Of a stretch of 64,000 bases of DNA, positions 63,101-64,000 are shown one piece after another. Under the pieces are notes generated by a model. It ran no database searches. It was not told where the DNA came from and was given only the letters and a program-made list of their open reading frames with translations. Position 1 is the first letter of the stretch; every line of letters begins with the position of its first letter. The position numbers and the translations under genes are program-made. The DNA lies in the NCBI GenBank assembly GCA_973895155.1, contig OZ316897.1, positions 20,029,224 to 20,093,223 on the forward strand, read 5' to 3'. The stretch is from Marsupella aquatica. Taxonomy: Eukaryota > Plantae > Marchantiophyta.

Positions 63101-64000
63101 TTGTCTTGAATCAAACAGAGGGGAAGATAATAATTCACCTTCGTGAAAAGGAAGAAGTTGGCAATCAACAAGCTTTATAGGACAACACGTTTCTCCTCTC
63201 AACCACCTAGTGGACGACAGGTGGAGCAAACTTGTCACCAACCATGTCCATGAAGGCTCTCAAGTACCCTGGGGGACGATCAGTTAGCACAGCCGCAAAA
63301 CCTTAATATCTGCCTTTCTGGAATTCAGTTGTTCCATTGAAAAAATATCTTACTTTCTGGAATTCTTTTGTTCCATTGGGGGAAAAAACTAAAAAAAACT
63401 GATGAATCAGTGCTTTACATCAATAACAAGAATATTACTAATATATGCAATGAATGCCTGTTCCACAAATGCCTCAAGTTGCAATTATCTAGTTATTTTG
63501 TAACAAATCTGATCGTCACATATGTAGGGTGTGAAACATCGATCATCACTATTGTAGCCGGTCCCTCAAATCCCAGACAACAAGACATTGTATGGAAGTC
63601 CATTGTTTTCATATATAGAATTGCAAAGGAACAAAAAGTGTATGGAGAAGATATCCCAAAAACTCATTAAAAAAGGAGCTTTCATTATTCTTGGTAGGGC
63701 CAAGGCAGTGGGTTCTAGGGTCTCTAGGCAGATTCCTCTCCGTGACCCTTCTATGTAGTTTACTTTAGAGCTCTACGAGGCTTTTCAATTTTATCGCCCA
63801 TTAAGGTTTTTTATTTGTTGTTCGCTGTTTAGTATTTTGGTTTGTCTAGGTTACTCGTTGACTTGTTGGGCCTCTTTGGTCTTCTTGGGGTCTTTTCTTT
63901 CCCGCCTCCCCCCCCTTATTGGGGTCTTTCACCTGTGGGACCATGTCTCCGGGTTTGGTGTTCCTGTCTTTTTGGCAGTGTGATATATATGGGTTGAAGA

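Noticed and set aside
62100-63990. Purine- or pyrimidine-skewed blocks (62100-62400 and 63780-63990) resembling the CRE 3' UTR
   Set aside because: Similarity is compositional only; no alignable stretch was found by eye.

Overview
Eukaryotic nuclear DNA from a land plant, most likely a bryophyte/liverwort (inferred from intron style, the plant gene set and the TE-rich intergenic DNA). From left to right: (1) a ~4.4-kb CRE-clade non-LTR retrotransposon (RT plus restriction-like endonuclease, now disabled) inserted with a 14-bp TSD into a decayed Copia RT/RNaseH remnant, with a fold-back copy of the target at its 5' junction; (2) ~12 kb of decayed TE/repeat DNA and tandem repeats; (3) an 18-exon NADPH-cytochrome P450 reductase; (4) two intronless, fungal-looking genes: an MPR1-type azetidine-2-carboxylate N-acetyltransferase and a J-domain/Gly-zipper protein, the latter with a tandem duplicate lacking HPD; (5) a group II intron maturase remnant, probably a NUMT; (6) a YLMG2 (YGGT) gene with two intact duplicated alternative last exons; (7) a 4-exon nitrobindin with an intronic MITE; (8) a large, highly divergent DDB1-like gene on the minus strand. 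All family calls are motif recognition by eye, and exon boundaries were read manually from GT/AG context; no searches were run.
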